Assembly: GCA_965204755.1 (NCBI GenBank)
Contig: OZ242011.1
Span: 3,648,001 to 3,712,000, forward strand
Source of the DNA: Candidatus Marinacidobacterium sp.
Lineage (GTDB): Bacteria > Acidobacteriota > Vicinamibacteria > Marinacidobacterales > Marinacidobacteraceae
Direction of reading: 5' to 3'
DNA: 64,000 nucleotides
The notes beneath the pieces are model-generated. The model made no database searches and had not been told where the DNA came from. It worked only from the letters and a program-made list of their open reading frames with translations. The translations under genes and the position numbers were made by a program. The stretch's first letter is position 1. Each line of letters begins with the position of its first letter. Of the stretch, positions 1-9,980 are shown one piece after another.

Positions 1-6
1 CGGGAA

Positions 7-681
7 ATGCGGAAAGGGGGCGAATGGCCGCCGGCGGGCACGATGGTGTACCGGATGAGTCGGACGGACTTCGAGGTCCGATGCGACGAGGACTTCTGGA
101 AGCGGGGTGACTACGACGCGCGGCGAGGTTTGGCGGAAGTCGTGGAGACTCCGCTCCTCGGCCACGAATGGCGCGGCGCGGAGGTGACGGCACTGGTGCT
201 GCTCGTCTGCGGCGAGCGCGTGGGCCCGACCGGGGCGCTCCGGATCGAGTGGGGCGGCTCGATCCTGGAGCCGGACGAGTCGTTCTACTTCGAACCGTCT
301 TCGGACCTCGGCTACTCGGACGACGAGAACTGCCGGCCCGAACTCGGGCATCGGCCGCCGGCGCTGGTGGTCGAGATCAATCGAAGTTCGAGTCCGGCCC
401 GCGCGGCCGAGAAGAGGCGGGACTACTTCGATATGGGCGTTCGCGAAGTCTGGACCTGGCGTCCGAAAGACGGGGCGACGATCTACCGCCGATCCGCGGA
501 CGGATCACCCTCGGCAACGCCGGAGTCCGCGGTCGTCCGGGGAGTGACGCGGGAGGACCTGGAAAAACTCTGGAGCGATCCCCGGAGCGAGGCGGCGGGT
601 CGCCGGGCGGCGATCGTTCGCCGGGTCCGGAGACGGCGCGGCGCGGACGACGCGGCGCCGGCGCCATCCGAGGAGTCGTAG
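7..681 (+). CDS. Uma2/DUF820 family putative endonuclease (PD-(D/E)XK fold)
   Basis: Motifs LEPDESFY, PPALVVEI and EKRRDYFDMGVREVW are typical of Uma2; the start may be ATG at 43. Confidence 0.8.
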   Translation: MRKGGEWPPAGTMVYRMSRTDFEVRCDEDFWKRGDYDARRGLAEVVETPLLGHEWRGAEVTALVLLVCGERVGPTGALRIEWGGSILEPDESFYFEPSSDLGYSDDENCRPELGHRPPALVVEINRSSSPARAAEKRRDYFDMGVREVWTWRPKDGATIYRRSADGSPSATPESAVVRGVTREDLEKLWSDPRSEAAGRRAAIVRRVRRRRGADDAAPAPSEES

Positions 682-787
682 CCACTCTCGACGGGGGCGC
701 CGAACCTTCGATGGTCCGATCGATCTCCGGGGCGGGCGGCAGACCGGCGCGCAGTGGTTCCAGGCGGTCGCCGGTCAGTGAACGGAG

Positions 788-840
788 GCCGCCGGCCGCT
801 GAAGTCGCGCCGCCGGCCGTCGAAGTCGCGCCGCCGGCGG
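788..840 (+). repeat. Short 21-bp tandem repeat (gccgccggccgYYgaagtcgc), about 2.5 copies, upstream of Uma2 copy 2
   Basis: Read directly: gccgccggccgctgaagtcgc gccgccggccgtcgaagtcgc gccgccggcgg. Confidence 0.7.
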
Positions 841-845
841 GCACG

Positions 846-1476
846 ATGGTGTACCGGATGAGTCGGACGGACTTCGAGGTCCGGTGCGACGAGGACTTTT
901 GGAAGCGGGGTGACTACGACGCCAGGAGGGGCTTGGCGGAAGTCGTGGAGACGCCGCTTCTCGGCCACGAATGGCGGGCCGCGGAGGCTCAGGAGTTGGT
1001 GTCGGGCCTCTGCGGCGAGCAGGTCGAATTCACCGGGGCGCTCCGGATCGAATGGCAGGGTTCGATCCTCGAACCGGACACCTCGTTCTACTTCGCTCCG
1101 AACCTCGACAGCGGGCACGGCGACGACGAGGTGTGCCGGCCGGAGCGGACACCGCCCGCCCGCGCTGGTCGTCGAAATCAACCGCAGTTCGAATCCGGCG
1201 CGCGCGGCGGAGAAACGGCGGGACTATTTCGACCTGGGTGTCCGGGAGGTCTGGACCTGGCGCCCCCGGGAGGGCGGTTCGATCTACCGCCGAGGCGGCG
1301 GCGGAGAACCGATGACGGCGGAAGAGTCTCCGGTGGTCCCCGGCGTCACCCGCGCGGACTTGGAGGAACTCTGGGCGGCGGCGCGTCCGGGCGAGCGCGC
1401 TCCCCGGCGTCCCGTGATCGTGAGGCGCATCCGGGAACGCCGCTCCCGGCGGGATCGGACTCCGCCGTCTCGGTAG
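846..1476 (+). pseudogene. Second Uma2 family paralog, frameshifted near 1146
   Basis: The N-half (MVYRMSRT...VCRPE) lies in the frame of ORF 168..1823 and the C-half (GHRPPALVVEINRSS...) in the frame of ORF 910..1476. Two bases are missing relative to copy 1 (CRPELGHRPP). Could be a sequencing error. Confidence 0.7.
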
Positions 1477-1594
1477 AGGCTCGCGGGGCTGCGAGAGTCG
1501 TCTCGGGGCTCACCTGCGGCGACCTCGAAGAATTGCGGGGCGGCGGGAAGCCGGGAGGCAGCCGGAAGGCCCGGGCGCGCCGCCGCCCCCGCGT

Positions 1595-4500
1595 TTATTC
1601 CTCCGGATCCTTCGGCGGTCTCGGGCGGTCGAGCCGGATGGAGACGCCCTCGAAGAAGTCGCTCACATTCCGCTCGATGCGGTGGTCACCGTCGAGCAGG
1701 TACTGGAGGATCGCTTCGTCCCAGGCGAGTCCGGCGGAGGCCACCAGTTCCATCCAGTCGCCGCGCGCCGGTTCGTCCGGGGCTTCGGTGCCGCCGGCCC
1801 AGATCGTGATCTTCGGGTCGTAACTGAAGTTCCGCCCGGGGGAGCCGGCGCGGCGGCCCTTGATGGGCATTTGGATGTTCACGCCGTTGTGGAGATCCAT
1901 CCGGAAGACCTCCGGGTCGAAGTCCATTCCGTAGCGGCGGTACCTCCCGTAGGTGCGTTCGTTCATCTCCCGGACGCTCTCGACCGATTGGATGGCGTTC
2001 GTGATGTATCCGCGGATCGCGAGCGCCGCCTCCCGGTGGCGGGGCAGTTCCGGGTCGTCCACCAGGTCGAAACCGGGCATGAACCAACCCTTGTTGAAAC
2101 CCCAGTTGCGTTCGGTCCTCCGGCCGGCCCGCACCAAGCCGCTGAACTCGCTGAACAGTTGCACGAGTTGGTGCGAGGGATACCCGTGCGGGTTCAGCAC
2201 GATGTCCGGGAGCCACATCCGCCACAGGCGCGGCCGCACCTCGGCCTCCGGGTAGATCGGCATCGGGTCGCCGGCGTCGGAAGTGGCGTCCATGCCGAGC
2301 GAAGCCCAGTAGCCGGCGTGGAGGATGTGTTCCGGGGTCACCTGGTGCATGTCCCACGCGAGTTGCGCGCCGTCCGGGTTCGTCATCGGGTGGATCACCA
2401 CATTCACCCGGTCCAACTTCTTCCGGTGTTCCGGGTCGGTGAGCAGCCGTTCCGCCATCCGCAGCACATGCGAAGTGGAGGACACCTCGTTCGCGTGCTG
2501 GCGCGCCGTGTACACGATGGTCGGCTTCAGCAGGCCGGCCTTGCGCTGCGACCAGTGGCTCGCCCGGATCTCCGGCATCAGGTCCATCGCCCAGATGGGC
2601 CGCCCGAGATAACTGCCGCCCACGAGGTAGGTCGTCACTTCCGGGAACATCGCCTCCATGCGGGCCATGATTCCGCGGGCCTCCGGCGGCGAAATGGGAG
2701 TGTCCCACTGCACCAGCCGTTCGTCGTCCCCGGTCTCGCCCCGGAACGCGGCGATGTCCGGGAACGGCGGCGGATCGCCGTTCGCCGGCAGGGAGACGGC
2801 GCGGACGGCGTCCGGCGCGTGCTCCCAGGTCCAGGAGGCTTCGACCCGGAGTTCGGAAAGACCGGCGAAAGCGAGGGCGTCGCGGTAGAGCCCGGCGGCG
2901 CGGAGTTCGCCCAGGATCCCGATCGCGCGCGCCGCCGCGGCGGCGGAGAGGATGCGTTCGTCGGCGGCGTCTTCGCCGTGGCGTTCGAGGTAGTAGTCCC
3001 GTTCGTCCTCGTCGGTGTCCACCTTGACCCGCAGCGTCAGCGAAGAGAGACCCGGCTCCCCGGCGCGGACGAGCGCGCGTCGGGCGCGCGGACGCTCGAC
3101 TTCCACCTTCGGGAGGTTTCGGCGGATCGTCCCGGTGACGCCGGCTTCCGTTTCGTATTCGACGACGACGGCCGGCCGGCTCGTACGGAATCCGGTGAGA
3201 CGGATGCTCGCCGTACCCGGCGTCCCGTCCGTCTTGGGCCGCATGTCCGGGATGACCCGTCCGGCGTAAGTGAGTTCCGAACCGAGCGAGTTGCGCCCGA
3301 TGAGCCGCAGGAAGGTGTGGGTGACGAAGTAGATGTCTTCGTGGAGGGCTTCGTGGGTGGATTCGATCTCCTGTTCGAGACCGAGCCGCCGCTCAGGTTC
3401 CGAGAGCGAGAGGACGACTTCCAACTCGCCGAAGTAGGGCGCGTCCGCCGCGCCGCGCGGTTTGCCCTCGTGGAGTTCCATGATGTGGTCGTAGAGCCGG
3501 GCGAGGGTGTCCGACTGGAAGTGGTCCCAGAACGACTCCGCGTCCGTGGCGATGCGTTCGTCCACCACGGTCTCGCCGTCCACCCGGGCGGTCAGGCCGC
3601 CGGTGGGGACCTGGATCCATTCGTAGTCGGGATACCGGTCGAGGAAGGGACGCTCCACCATGCGGGGCTCGAAGGTCTCGTTGAAGATCGTTTCGCCGCC
3701 GGCGTCGAGCGCGACCGCCTGGTAGGTCGGCGCGTCCGGTTCGTCGCGCATCTCCCAACCGACCTGGGGCAGGTCGAGCGCGAGCGCTTCGGCGAGCATC
3801 TCGTCCGCGGGGAACATCGCGTGCTGGAAGCGGAGCGGGGTGTGCATCGCCTGCTGCGGCCAACTCTCCGGCGGCTCGTGGCGGCGGAACAGGAGCCGGA
3901 CGGAAGCGGGCGGCGTCCCGGCTTCCCGGAGCGCGGCGAGTTTCGGAAGGACGCTCTCCTCGATCCAGCCGTACCCCTGCCGGTAGGCGGAGGTGATCAC
4001 GACGCTGCCTTCGGCGAGCCGGGCGCCCCGGGCGCCCAGCAGTTCGGCGGTCTCCGCTTCCAGCCGCCGCCGCACTTCCGCGGGTTCGCTGAGGAGCGCG
4101 CGGACTTCGACCCGGTCGCCGTTCGAGACGCGGGGCAGCAGCCTCTCTTCGATCAGCGCGCGGAACGCGGCGACCTCGGAGGGCACCGCGAACTCTTCCT
4201 CGTGGAGGACTGCGGCGTTTTCGACATACCGGTCGTCGAGGACGACTTCGACGGCGCCGAGGCCGAGCGCCTCCGCCTTCTCCTCCAAGTACGCGGCGAG
4301 TCCGGGCGCCGGCTTCTCGAGGGAGACCAGGACCTTCGACCGGGAGATCCCGAGGGGCCCGATCTCCGCCGCGATCCGCTCCAGGCGGTACGCCGCGGAC
4401 GCCGCCTGCGCCGCCGGGCCGCGCCCGGCGAGGAACCGCCAGGCGGCGTCCTCCACCGAAGCCAGCGTAGGCCGATCCTTGCCGCGCTCGTCGAGGTGCG

Positions 4501-5788
4501 GGAAGGACTCCGCCGCCTGCCGGAGCGCCCGCGAAAGGCCGGAGGCGCCGCCGCCGGCGATCACGACCTTCGATCGCCGGCCGCCCGCCCCTTCATCGTC
4601 GCTGCGCGTTTCCGGCCCGGCGACCAGGAAATCTATGACGCCCTCGTCGTCCGCCAGGCCGGAGACCGCGGAAGCGGGGAGCGCCGGGTTCCCCCCGGCG
4701 GCGCCGACGATGACCGCGGTCTTCGCGCCGCCGGCGTCCCCTTCGTCCGCGAGGGCCGACGGGGTCACGGCGGCGGGGAAGTCGAGTCCGGCGGACTCCA
4801 GTCCGAGGCGCGCCGCCAGCGCGAGAACGCCGGCCGGGTCTTCCGCGCTCGCGGCCAACACGGCGTCGAGCCGGTCGGGGATCCGGTCCCCGTTCGCGTC
4901 GCCGAGGATCGCTCCCGGTTCGAAGAACCCCGCCAAACTCGCTTCCCGGTCGAAGCCGCCGCCGGGGCGGGCCGGGATCGGGCCCGGTTCGACGGACGCC
5001 GGCTCGCCGGCGATGCGGGCCTCCGCCTCGCCTCCGGGGTGCGCCGCCGAGATCGTCAACTCGCCGAGTTCGGGGTAGCGAAGCCGGTCGGCGGCGGCCC
5101 GGAGCGCGGAGACGGCGCTCTCCGAGGCGGCCGCGCCGCCGGTTTCGACCCGGAACGCGGCGGAGGCGAGGCGCGTCTCGCCGGCGGCCACTTCCACCGC
5201 CACGGCGAGCGGGGCCCCGCTTTCGACCCCGGCCTCCGTCAGCACCTCTCCGATGCGGTCGGCGAGGTCGGGGAGGGCGGCGCCGCCCGCGCGGAAGACC
5301 AGCGGCGCGCGTCCGGAGAGCCAGCCGGCGGCGGCGCGGAGGCCGGCCTCGTCGCCGCCGCGCACGGTAACGGTCGCCCCGCCCTCGGCGCCGGCTTCGA
5401 GCCGCACCGCGCCTCGGCCGGCGGAGAGCCCGGAGGTCGTCCGGTCGATCCGGATCATCACCGGCGCCTCGGTCGGGAGCGGCAGGTCGAGCGCCATGGT
5501 CTCGAGACCCAGCCGGGCCGCGATGCCGATGCCGGCGGCGACCTCGGACTCGGTCGGGGAGTCCGGGAGGCCGACGGCGGCGCGCAGGCGGTCGGGGAAC
5601 CCGTCGCCGTTCTCGTCGGCGAGCGCGGCGCCGATGCGGTAGAGGGACTCCAGGCCGAAGGCGCCCTCCACCGGCGGGGACTCCTGCGCGGCGCCGAGGG
5701 AAGGGGAGGAGGCGACCGCGACCGCCAGAAGGGCTGCGGGGAGATGTCCGGTCGGAACGAGGCCGGGAGAGGAACGAAAACGACGCAT
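1595..5788 (-). CDS. Large secreted protein with C-terminal M14 zinc carboxypeptidase domain
   Basis: Signal peptide after ATG 5788; C-terminal ARQHANE, MTNPDG and NPHGYP match M14 zinc motifs; about 1397 aa. Confidence 0.8.
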   Translation of the reverse strand: MRRFRSSPGLVPTGHLPAALLAVAVASSPSLGAAQESPPVEGAFGLESLYRIGAALADENGDGFPDRLRAAVGLPDSPTESEVAAGIGIAARLGLETMALDLPLPTEAPVMIRIDRTTSGLSAGRGAVRLEAGAEGGATVTVRGGDEAGLRAAAGWLSGRAPLVFRAGGAALPDLADRIGEVLTEAGVESGAPLAVAVEVAAGETRLASAAFRVETGGAAASESAVSALRAAADRLRYPELGELTISAAHPGGEAEARIAGEPASVEPGPIPARPGGGFDREASLAGFFEPGAILGDANGDRIPDRLDAVLAASAEDPAGVLALAARLGLESAGLDFPAAVTPSALADEGDAGGAKTAVIVGAAGGNPALPASAVSGLADDEGVIDFLVAGPETRSDDEGAGGRRSKVVIAGGGASGLSRALRQAAESFPHLDERGKDRPTLASVEDAAWRFLAGRGPAAQAASAAYRLERIAAEIGPLGISRSKVLVSLEKPAPGLAAYLEEKAEALGLGAVEVVLDDRYVENAAVLHEEEFAVPSEVAAFRALIEERLLPRVSNGDRVEVRALLSEPAEVRRRLEAETAELLGARGARLAEGSVVITSAYRQGYGWIEESVLPKLAALREAGTPPASVRLLFRRHEPPESWPQQAMHTPLRFQHAMFPADEMLAEALALDLPQVGWEMRDEPDAPTYQAVALDAGGETIFNETFEPRMVERPFLDRYPDYEWIQVPTGGLTARVDGETVVDERIATDAESFWDHFQSDTLARLYDHIMELHEGKPRGAADAPYFGELEVVLSLSEPERRLGLEQEIESTHEALHEDIYFVTHTFLRLIGRNSLGSELTYAGRVIPDMRPKTDGTPGTASIRLTGFRTSRPAVVVEYETEAGVTGTIRRNLPKVEVERPRARRALVRAGEPGLSSLTLRVKVDTDEDERDYYLERHGEDAADERILSAAAAARAIGILGELRAAGLYRDALAFAGLSELRVEASWTWEHAPDAVRAVSLPANGDPPPFPDIAAFRGETGDDERLVQWDTPISPPEARGIMARMEAMFPEVTTYLVGGSYLGRPIWAMDLMPEIRASHWSQRKAGLLKPTIVYTARQHANEVSSTSHVLRMAERLLTDPEHRKKLDRVNVVIHPMTNPDGAQLAWDMHQVTPEHILHAGYWASLGMDATSDAGDPMPIYPEAEVRPRLWRMWLPDIVLNPHGYPSHQLVQLFSEFSGLVRAGRRTERNWGFNKGWFMPGFDLVDDPELPRHREAALAIRGYITNAIQSVESVREMNERTYGRYRRYGMDFDPEVFRMDLHNGVNIQMPIKGRRAGSPGRNFSYDPKITIWAGGTEAPDEPARGDWMELVASAGLAWDEAILQYLLDGDHRIERNVSDFFEGVSIRLDRPRPPKDPEE

Positions 5789-6028
5789 GGCGGCAACTCC
5801 CATCGTTGGTGTCGGGGCCGGTTCCCGATCCGGGTTCCCGGGCGGGAATCCCGCCGCGCCTCCGGGCCCGGGCCGGGCCGGGGTCGACGCGAATGTCGGA
5901 AGAAACGGATTGTAGGAGCCCGCCCGCGCCGCCTCCGGCGCGGTTTCGTCGAACGCCGCGGCCAGCGTCCCCGACGGGGCCGGGGAGGTCCGGCGAGCGG
6001 GAGCGCCCGGCGGTACGCTCGCGCGGCG

Positions 6029-7210
6029 TTGCGGCGAAGCGGAACCGGCGGGCGGGGGATCGGGGCCGCGCCGCGTCCCGCCGGCGTCCTCCCGAGGATC
6101 GCTCTCGCGTCGGCGCTGGGCGCGGCCTCGGCGAGTTGCGGGGACGCGCCCTTCTGGCCCGGCCCCGAGGCGGCGGAGCGCGCCTTCGCCGCCCTCTACC
6201 GGGAGGCGCGCGGGCGGGTCCTGGCCGGGGACTTCGCCCGCCCCGACGGGTTCGCCTACGCCGTGGACATCGGCGAACTCCTGAAATTGGCCGCGCGCCG
6301 GTCCGACCGGGAGATGGCGGACGCGCTGCGCGCCTTCGCCCGTTCGCGGCTCCTGGTGGACTCGCCCGACGATCCGTTCACCCGCGGCTTCGTGGCGTGG
6401 CGGCGCTCCCCCGATCCCGCCCCGGCGGGAGACGACCGGCCGGACGCCTCCGGCACCACCGAGGCGCTCCGGGTGTCGCAGGGCCTTCGGGAGACCGCCG
6501 CGGCGTTCGACGCGCCCGAAGACCGCGCGGACGCCCTGCTCATCCTGGACGGGTACGCCCGGCACGCGGCGGACGCGGAAGGGCTGCTCCTGATCCGCAA
6601 CTACTTCGACTTGGGGAGCCGGGCGTTCGCGACCAACTCCTTCCTGGTGGACTACGGCCCGGACTACCTGGCGCGGGTCGGCCGGGCCGAGCGGCGCGAG
6701 GACTTCGCGGCCCTCGCCCGGCGGAGTTACGAGGTGGTCCGGGCGGCCGGGAGCCCCGCCGGGCTTCTCTACGATGTCTTCCAGCCGGAGATGGCGACGC
6801 TGTTCGACGACCGGCGGACGCTGCTCTACTCGCCGAACGACATCGTCCAGACCTCGAACGCCGCCTCGGTCGCGCTCCAGGCGGTCGAAGGCGCGCCGGA
6901 AGTCGCCGACCGGGTGCTCGCCTTCTGCCGGGAGCGGATGCCCGGGCTGAAACTCGCCTACTACGGCCGCACCGGCGAGCCGGCCCGGCAGAAGCGCCCC
7001 GGAATCGAGATCTGGGGGACGCTCACGGAACTGGCGGCGCGCCGCGGGGATCGGGCCTCGATCCGCGCCTTCGCGCCCTTCCTGGCCACGAACGCCTCCG
7101 CCGACCGCGTTCCCGAGGACGCCTTCCTGTATGTGGCGGCGCACCTGCTCCTCGGACTGGATGCGCTCGGCGACTTCTACGGAAGCGCCCCCCGGGCGGC
7201 GGCCGAGTGA
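6029..7210 (+). CDS. Putative lipoprotein, possibly an (alpha/alpha)6 glycoside hydrolase (GH8-like)
   Basis: Lipobox-like ASASC; WRR...DASGTTEALRV resembles the GH8 DATDxDL region; stop overlaps the next start (GTGA). Start is uncertain. Confidence 0.45.
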   Translation: MRRSGTGGRGIGAAPRPAGVLPRIALASALGAASASCGDAPFWPGPEAAERAFAALYREARGRVLAGDFARPDGFAYAVDIGELLKLAARRSDREMADALRAFARSRLLVDSPDDPFTRGFVAWRRSPDPAPAGDDRPDASGTTEALRVSQGLRETAAAFDAPEDRADALLILDGYARHAADAEGLLLIRNYFDLGSRAFATNSFLVDYGPDYLARVGRAERREDFAALARRSYEVVRAAGSPAGLLYDVFQPEMATLFDDRRTLLYSPNDIVQTSNAASVALQAVEGAPEVADRVLAFCRERMPGLKLAYYGRTGEPARQKRPGIEIWGTLTELAARRGDRASIRAFAPFLATNASADRVPEDAFLYVAAHLLLGLDALGDFYGSAPRAAAE

Positions 7211-8826
7211 GCGGCGCCGCGCCCGCCCCGGACGCCGCGGCCCGGCCCGTCCGGGCCCGGGGCCGCCCGGCGCGCGGGTTCCTCCTGCTCGCCGCCTTCG
7301 GCGCCGCGCTCGGGCTGGAAGCCTTCGGGACGCCGCCCTGGGTCCGCCCCACGCTCTCGCTCTCCCCGCCGGCGGGCCTCCTGGCGCTCGCCGCCGCGCT
7401 CGTCCCGGACCGGCTGCGGCGTTCGGGCCGGGCGCCCCGGATGCTCCTCGTGGCGGGGTTGCTCGCGCTTTCCACCGCGCGCCTCGCCGAGCGGGTGGCG
7501 CTCCGACTGCTGGGACGCCCGCTCGACCCGGCGGGGGACCTGCCCCATGTCGGAGCGGTGGCGGCGATGTTGACCGACGAACTGCCGTTCGGTCTCGCTC
7601 CCGCGGTCGCCGCGGCGGCGGTGATCGGAATCCTCGGCCTGCTCCTCGCGGGAGCGCGGGGCCTTCGGGCCTTGGGCGCCGCCTTCTCCGGGGCGGCGGC
7701 CGGCCCGCGGATCGCCGCGCTCGCGCTCGGCGCCCTGGCCGTGGGCGCGCCGGCGCTGTGGCCGCCGGGCGGCGCCGGGGCGGCGGCGCTCGCCCGGATC
7801 GCCGCGGCGCCCTTCGCGCCCCCTCCGCCGGAACTCGAAGGGCCGCCGCTTCCGCCGCCCCCGGCCCTCGGCGGCGCCGATGTGTTCGCGATCTTCGTCG
7901 AGTCCTACGGGATGGCCGCCTTCGGGGAGGACGCGCGCCGCTCGCGGCTCGAGGCGAGTCTCCGCCGACTCGCGGCGGACGCCGCCGCCGGGGGCTTCGA
8001 CTTCCGTTCCGCGCAGATCCAGAGCCCGACTTTCGGCGGAGGCTCCTGGCGGGCGCACGCCTCGCTCCTCTCCGGCGTGTGGATCGACACCGAAGCCCGC
8101 TACCGCTCGCTCCTCGCCTCGGGACGGGAGACCCTGGTCGGGCGGTTCGCGGCGGCCGGCTACCGGACGCTCGCCTTCGAGCCGGGAATCCGCGGCGCCT
8201 GGCCCGAAGGGCGGTTCTACGGCTTCCACGAGATCCGGGATCAGGACGGGATCGGCTACCGGGGGCCGCCGATCGGGTGGTGGGTCGTCCCCGACCAGTT
8301 CACGCTCCACGCGCTCGCCGGGGAAGCCGCGGCGGCCTCCGCGCCGCTCTTCGCGAAGGTCTCCCTGATCGGGAGCCACATCCCCTACGCCCCGACGCCG
8401 CCCTATGTGGAGGACTGGACGCGTTTCGACCGGGGCGCGGCCTACCGGACGGGCCTGAAGTCCATCGCCCACGACGACTACCGGGACCTGGTCGAACTCG
8501 GGGACCGGTACGGGGAGAGCCTCGACCATGTGTTCCGGATCGTCGGGGGCTTCCTCCGCCGACCGGGACTCCGCCGGTCGCTGGTGGTCGTCCTGGGTGA
8601 CCACCAGCCGCCGAAACTCTCGCTCCACCAGTCGGACTCCTGGGCGACGCCGATCCACCTGTTCTCCCGGGACCCGGCGCTCCTCGAGCCTTGGGAGGAT
8701 CTCGGGTTCTCGCGGACGCTGCTCCCGGAGCGGGAGACGGGCTGGCGGATGAGCGACTTCCCGCATTCCTTGTCCGCGCTGTTCCCGCAGGGCCCGGAGT
8801 CGGGTGCGCCGGCGGAGCCGCCGTGA
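7207..8826 (+). CDS. Membrane-anchored sulfatase-like / LTA-synthase-like protein (alkaline phosphatase superfamily)
   Basis: Several N-terminal TM helices, then FVESYG, TFGGGSWRAH, SHIPY and GDHQP motifs. Confidence 0.75.
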   Translation: MSGAAPAPDAAARPVRARGRPARGFLLLAAFGAALGLEAFGTPPWVRPTLSLSPPAGLLALAAALVPDRLRRSGRAPRMLLVAGLLALSTARLAERVALRLLGRPLDPAGDLPHVGAVAAMLTDELPFGLAPAVAAAAVIGILGLLLAGARGLRALGAAFSGAAAGPRIAALALGALAVGAPALWPPGGAGAAALARIAAAPFAPPPPELEGPPLPPPPALGGADVFAIFVESYGMAAFGEDARRSRLEASLRRLAADAAAGGFDFRSAQIQSPTFGGGSWRAHASLLSGVWIDTEARYRSLLASGRETLVGRFAAAGYRTLAFEPGIRGAWPEGRFYGFHEIRDQDGIGYRGPPIGWWVVPDQFTLHALAGEAAAASAPLFAKVSLIGSHIPYAPTPPYVEDWTRFDRGAAYRTGLKSIAHDDYRDLVELGDRYGESLDHVFRIVGGFLRRPGLRRSLVVVLGDHQPPKLSLHQSDSWATPIHLFSRDPALLEPWEDLGFSRTLLPERETGWRMSDFPHSLSALFPQGPESGAPAEPP

Positions 8827-9929
8827 ACCTCGAAATCTGGACGCCGCCGCTCGACCTCATCACCGGCGGGAACCTCTACGCCCGCGAGATCGCCGAGGCA
8901 CTCGACCGGCGCGGCGCCCGGGTGCTCGTTCGGCAGTTCCGGGCCGGGCGCCTCCGGCCGGAGACGGTTCGGGGCGTTCCCGCCGGGGATGCGGACGCCG
9001 TGGTGCAGGACGCGTGGCTCCACGCCTCGTTCCGGCCGCTGAACCGGCTGCGGCGCCTGAGGCCGCGCCGCCCGCCGCTGATCGCCCTGGTCCACCACCT
9101 GGCGAGCGACGAACCGGAGAGGCCGGAAGGGGAGCGGGCCGCGCTGAGGCGGGCCGAAGCCGCCTACCTGGGCACGGTGGACGCGGTCGCCTCCCCCAGC
9201 CGGGCGAGCGCGAACGCCGCGCTCCGGCGGCGCGGGCGGCCGGCGCCCTGCGCGGTGGTTCCGCCGGGAGGCGACCGGGTGGGCGGGGCGCCGCTCCCGG
9301 AGCGGATGCCGACGGACGGGGAGATCGCGGCCCGCGCGCTCGAGCCGGGGCCGCTCCGCGTCCTGTTCGTCGGGGGGCTGACGCGGAGGAAGCGGCTCCA
9401 CGAACTCCTCCGGGCGGTGGAGCGGACGCCGGGGGTCACGCTCTCCGTGGTCGGCGGCGGAGAGGCGGAGCCGGAGTACGCGGCGTCCGTCCGGAAACGG
9501 GCCGCCGCGCTGGGCGGCCGGGTGGAGACCGCCGGGCCGCTCGGCGGCGGCGAACTGGCGGCCCGGTTGCGGCGGGCGCAAGTCCTGGCGGTCCCTTCGA
9601 CCCACGAGGGGTTCGGGATGGTCTATCTGGAGGCGTTCGCGTTCGGCTTGCCGGTGATCGCCGCGGCTTCCGGCGGGGCTGGCGAGTTCGTCCGGGAAGG
9701 GGAGAACGGCTGGCTGGTCGGTTCGGCCGGCCCCGGCGAGTCCGGTGGTGACTCGGGCGAGGAGGCCGCCGCCGGGGAGATCGCGGAGCGCCTGCGGGAG
9801 GCGGCGGAGTCGCGGGAGACCCTCTCCGCCATGGGGCGTCGGGCGGCGGCGGCGCACCGGGCCTGGCCGAGTTGGGAGGACGCCGCGGCGCAGATCGAGG
9901 ATCTCGCGCGCCGGCTCCCGTCGGCGTAG
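8823..9929 (+). CDS. Glycosyltransferase family 4
   Basis: TGGNLY N-terminus, FVGGLTRRK, and PSTHEGFGMVYLEAFAFGLPVI GT-B signature; GTGA overlap with the upstream gene. Confidence 0.9.
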   Translation: MNLEIWTPPLDLITGGNLYAREIAEALDRRGARVLVRQFRAGRLRPETVRGVPAGDADAVVQDAWLHASFRPLNRLRRLRPRRPPLIALVHHLASDEPERPEGERAALRRAEAAYLGTVDAVASPSRASANAALRRRGRPAPCAVVPPGGDRVGGAPLPERMPTDGEIAARALEPGPLRVLFVGGLTRRKRLHELLRAVERTPGVTLSVVGGGEAEPEYAASVRKRAAALGGRVETAGPLGGGELAARLRRAQVLAVPSTHEGFGMVYLEAFAFGLPVIAAASGGAGEFVREGENGWLVGSAGPGESGGDSGEEAAAGEIAERLREAAESRETLSAMGRRAAAAHRAWPSWEDAAAQIEDLARRLPSA

Positions 9930-9980
9930 CCGCGCCCCCGGGTCGGCGGCCCGATGCCGACGGCGGCTGACGCCTTCGGA

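Noticed and set aside
1-1540. Diversity-generating retroelement explanation for the Uma2 near-repeats
   Set aside because: Differences are not adenine-specific and there is no reverse transcriptase in the window.
168-1823. 551-aa ORF spanning both Uma2 copies
   Set aside because: Only 846-1146 (and a short relic near 1500) is protein-like; the rest is off-frame Arg/Gly/Pro-rich sequence.
1682-6028. Very long + strand ORF antisense to the M14 gene
   Set aside because: Shadow frame caused by high GC and codon bias; only its last part (6029-7210) looks like a real gene.
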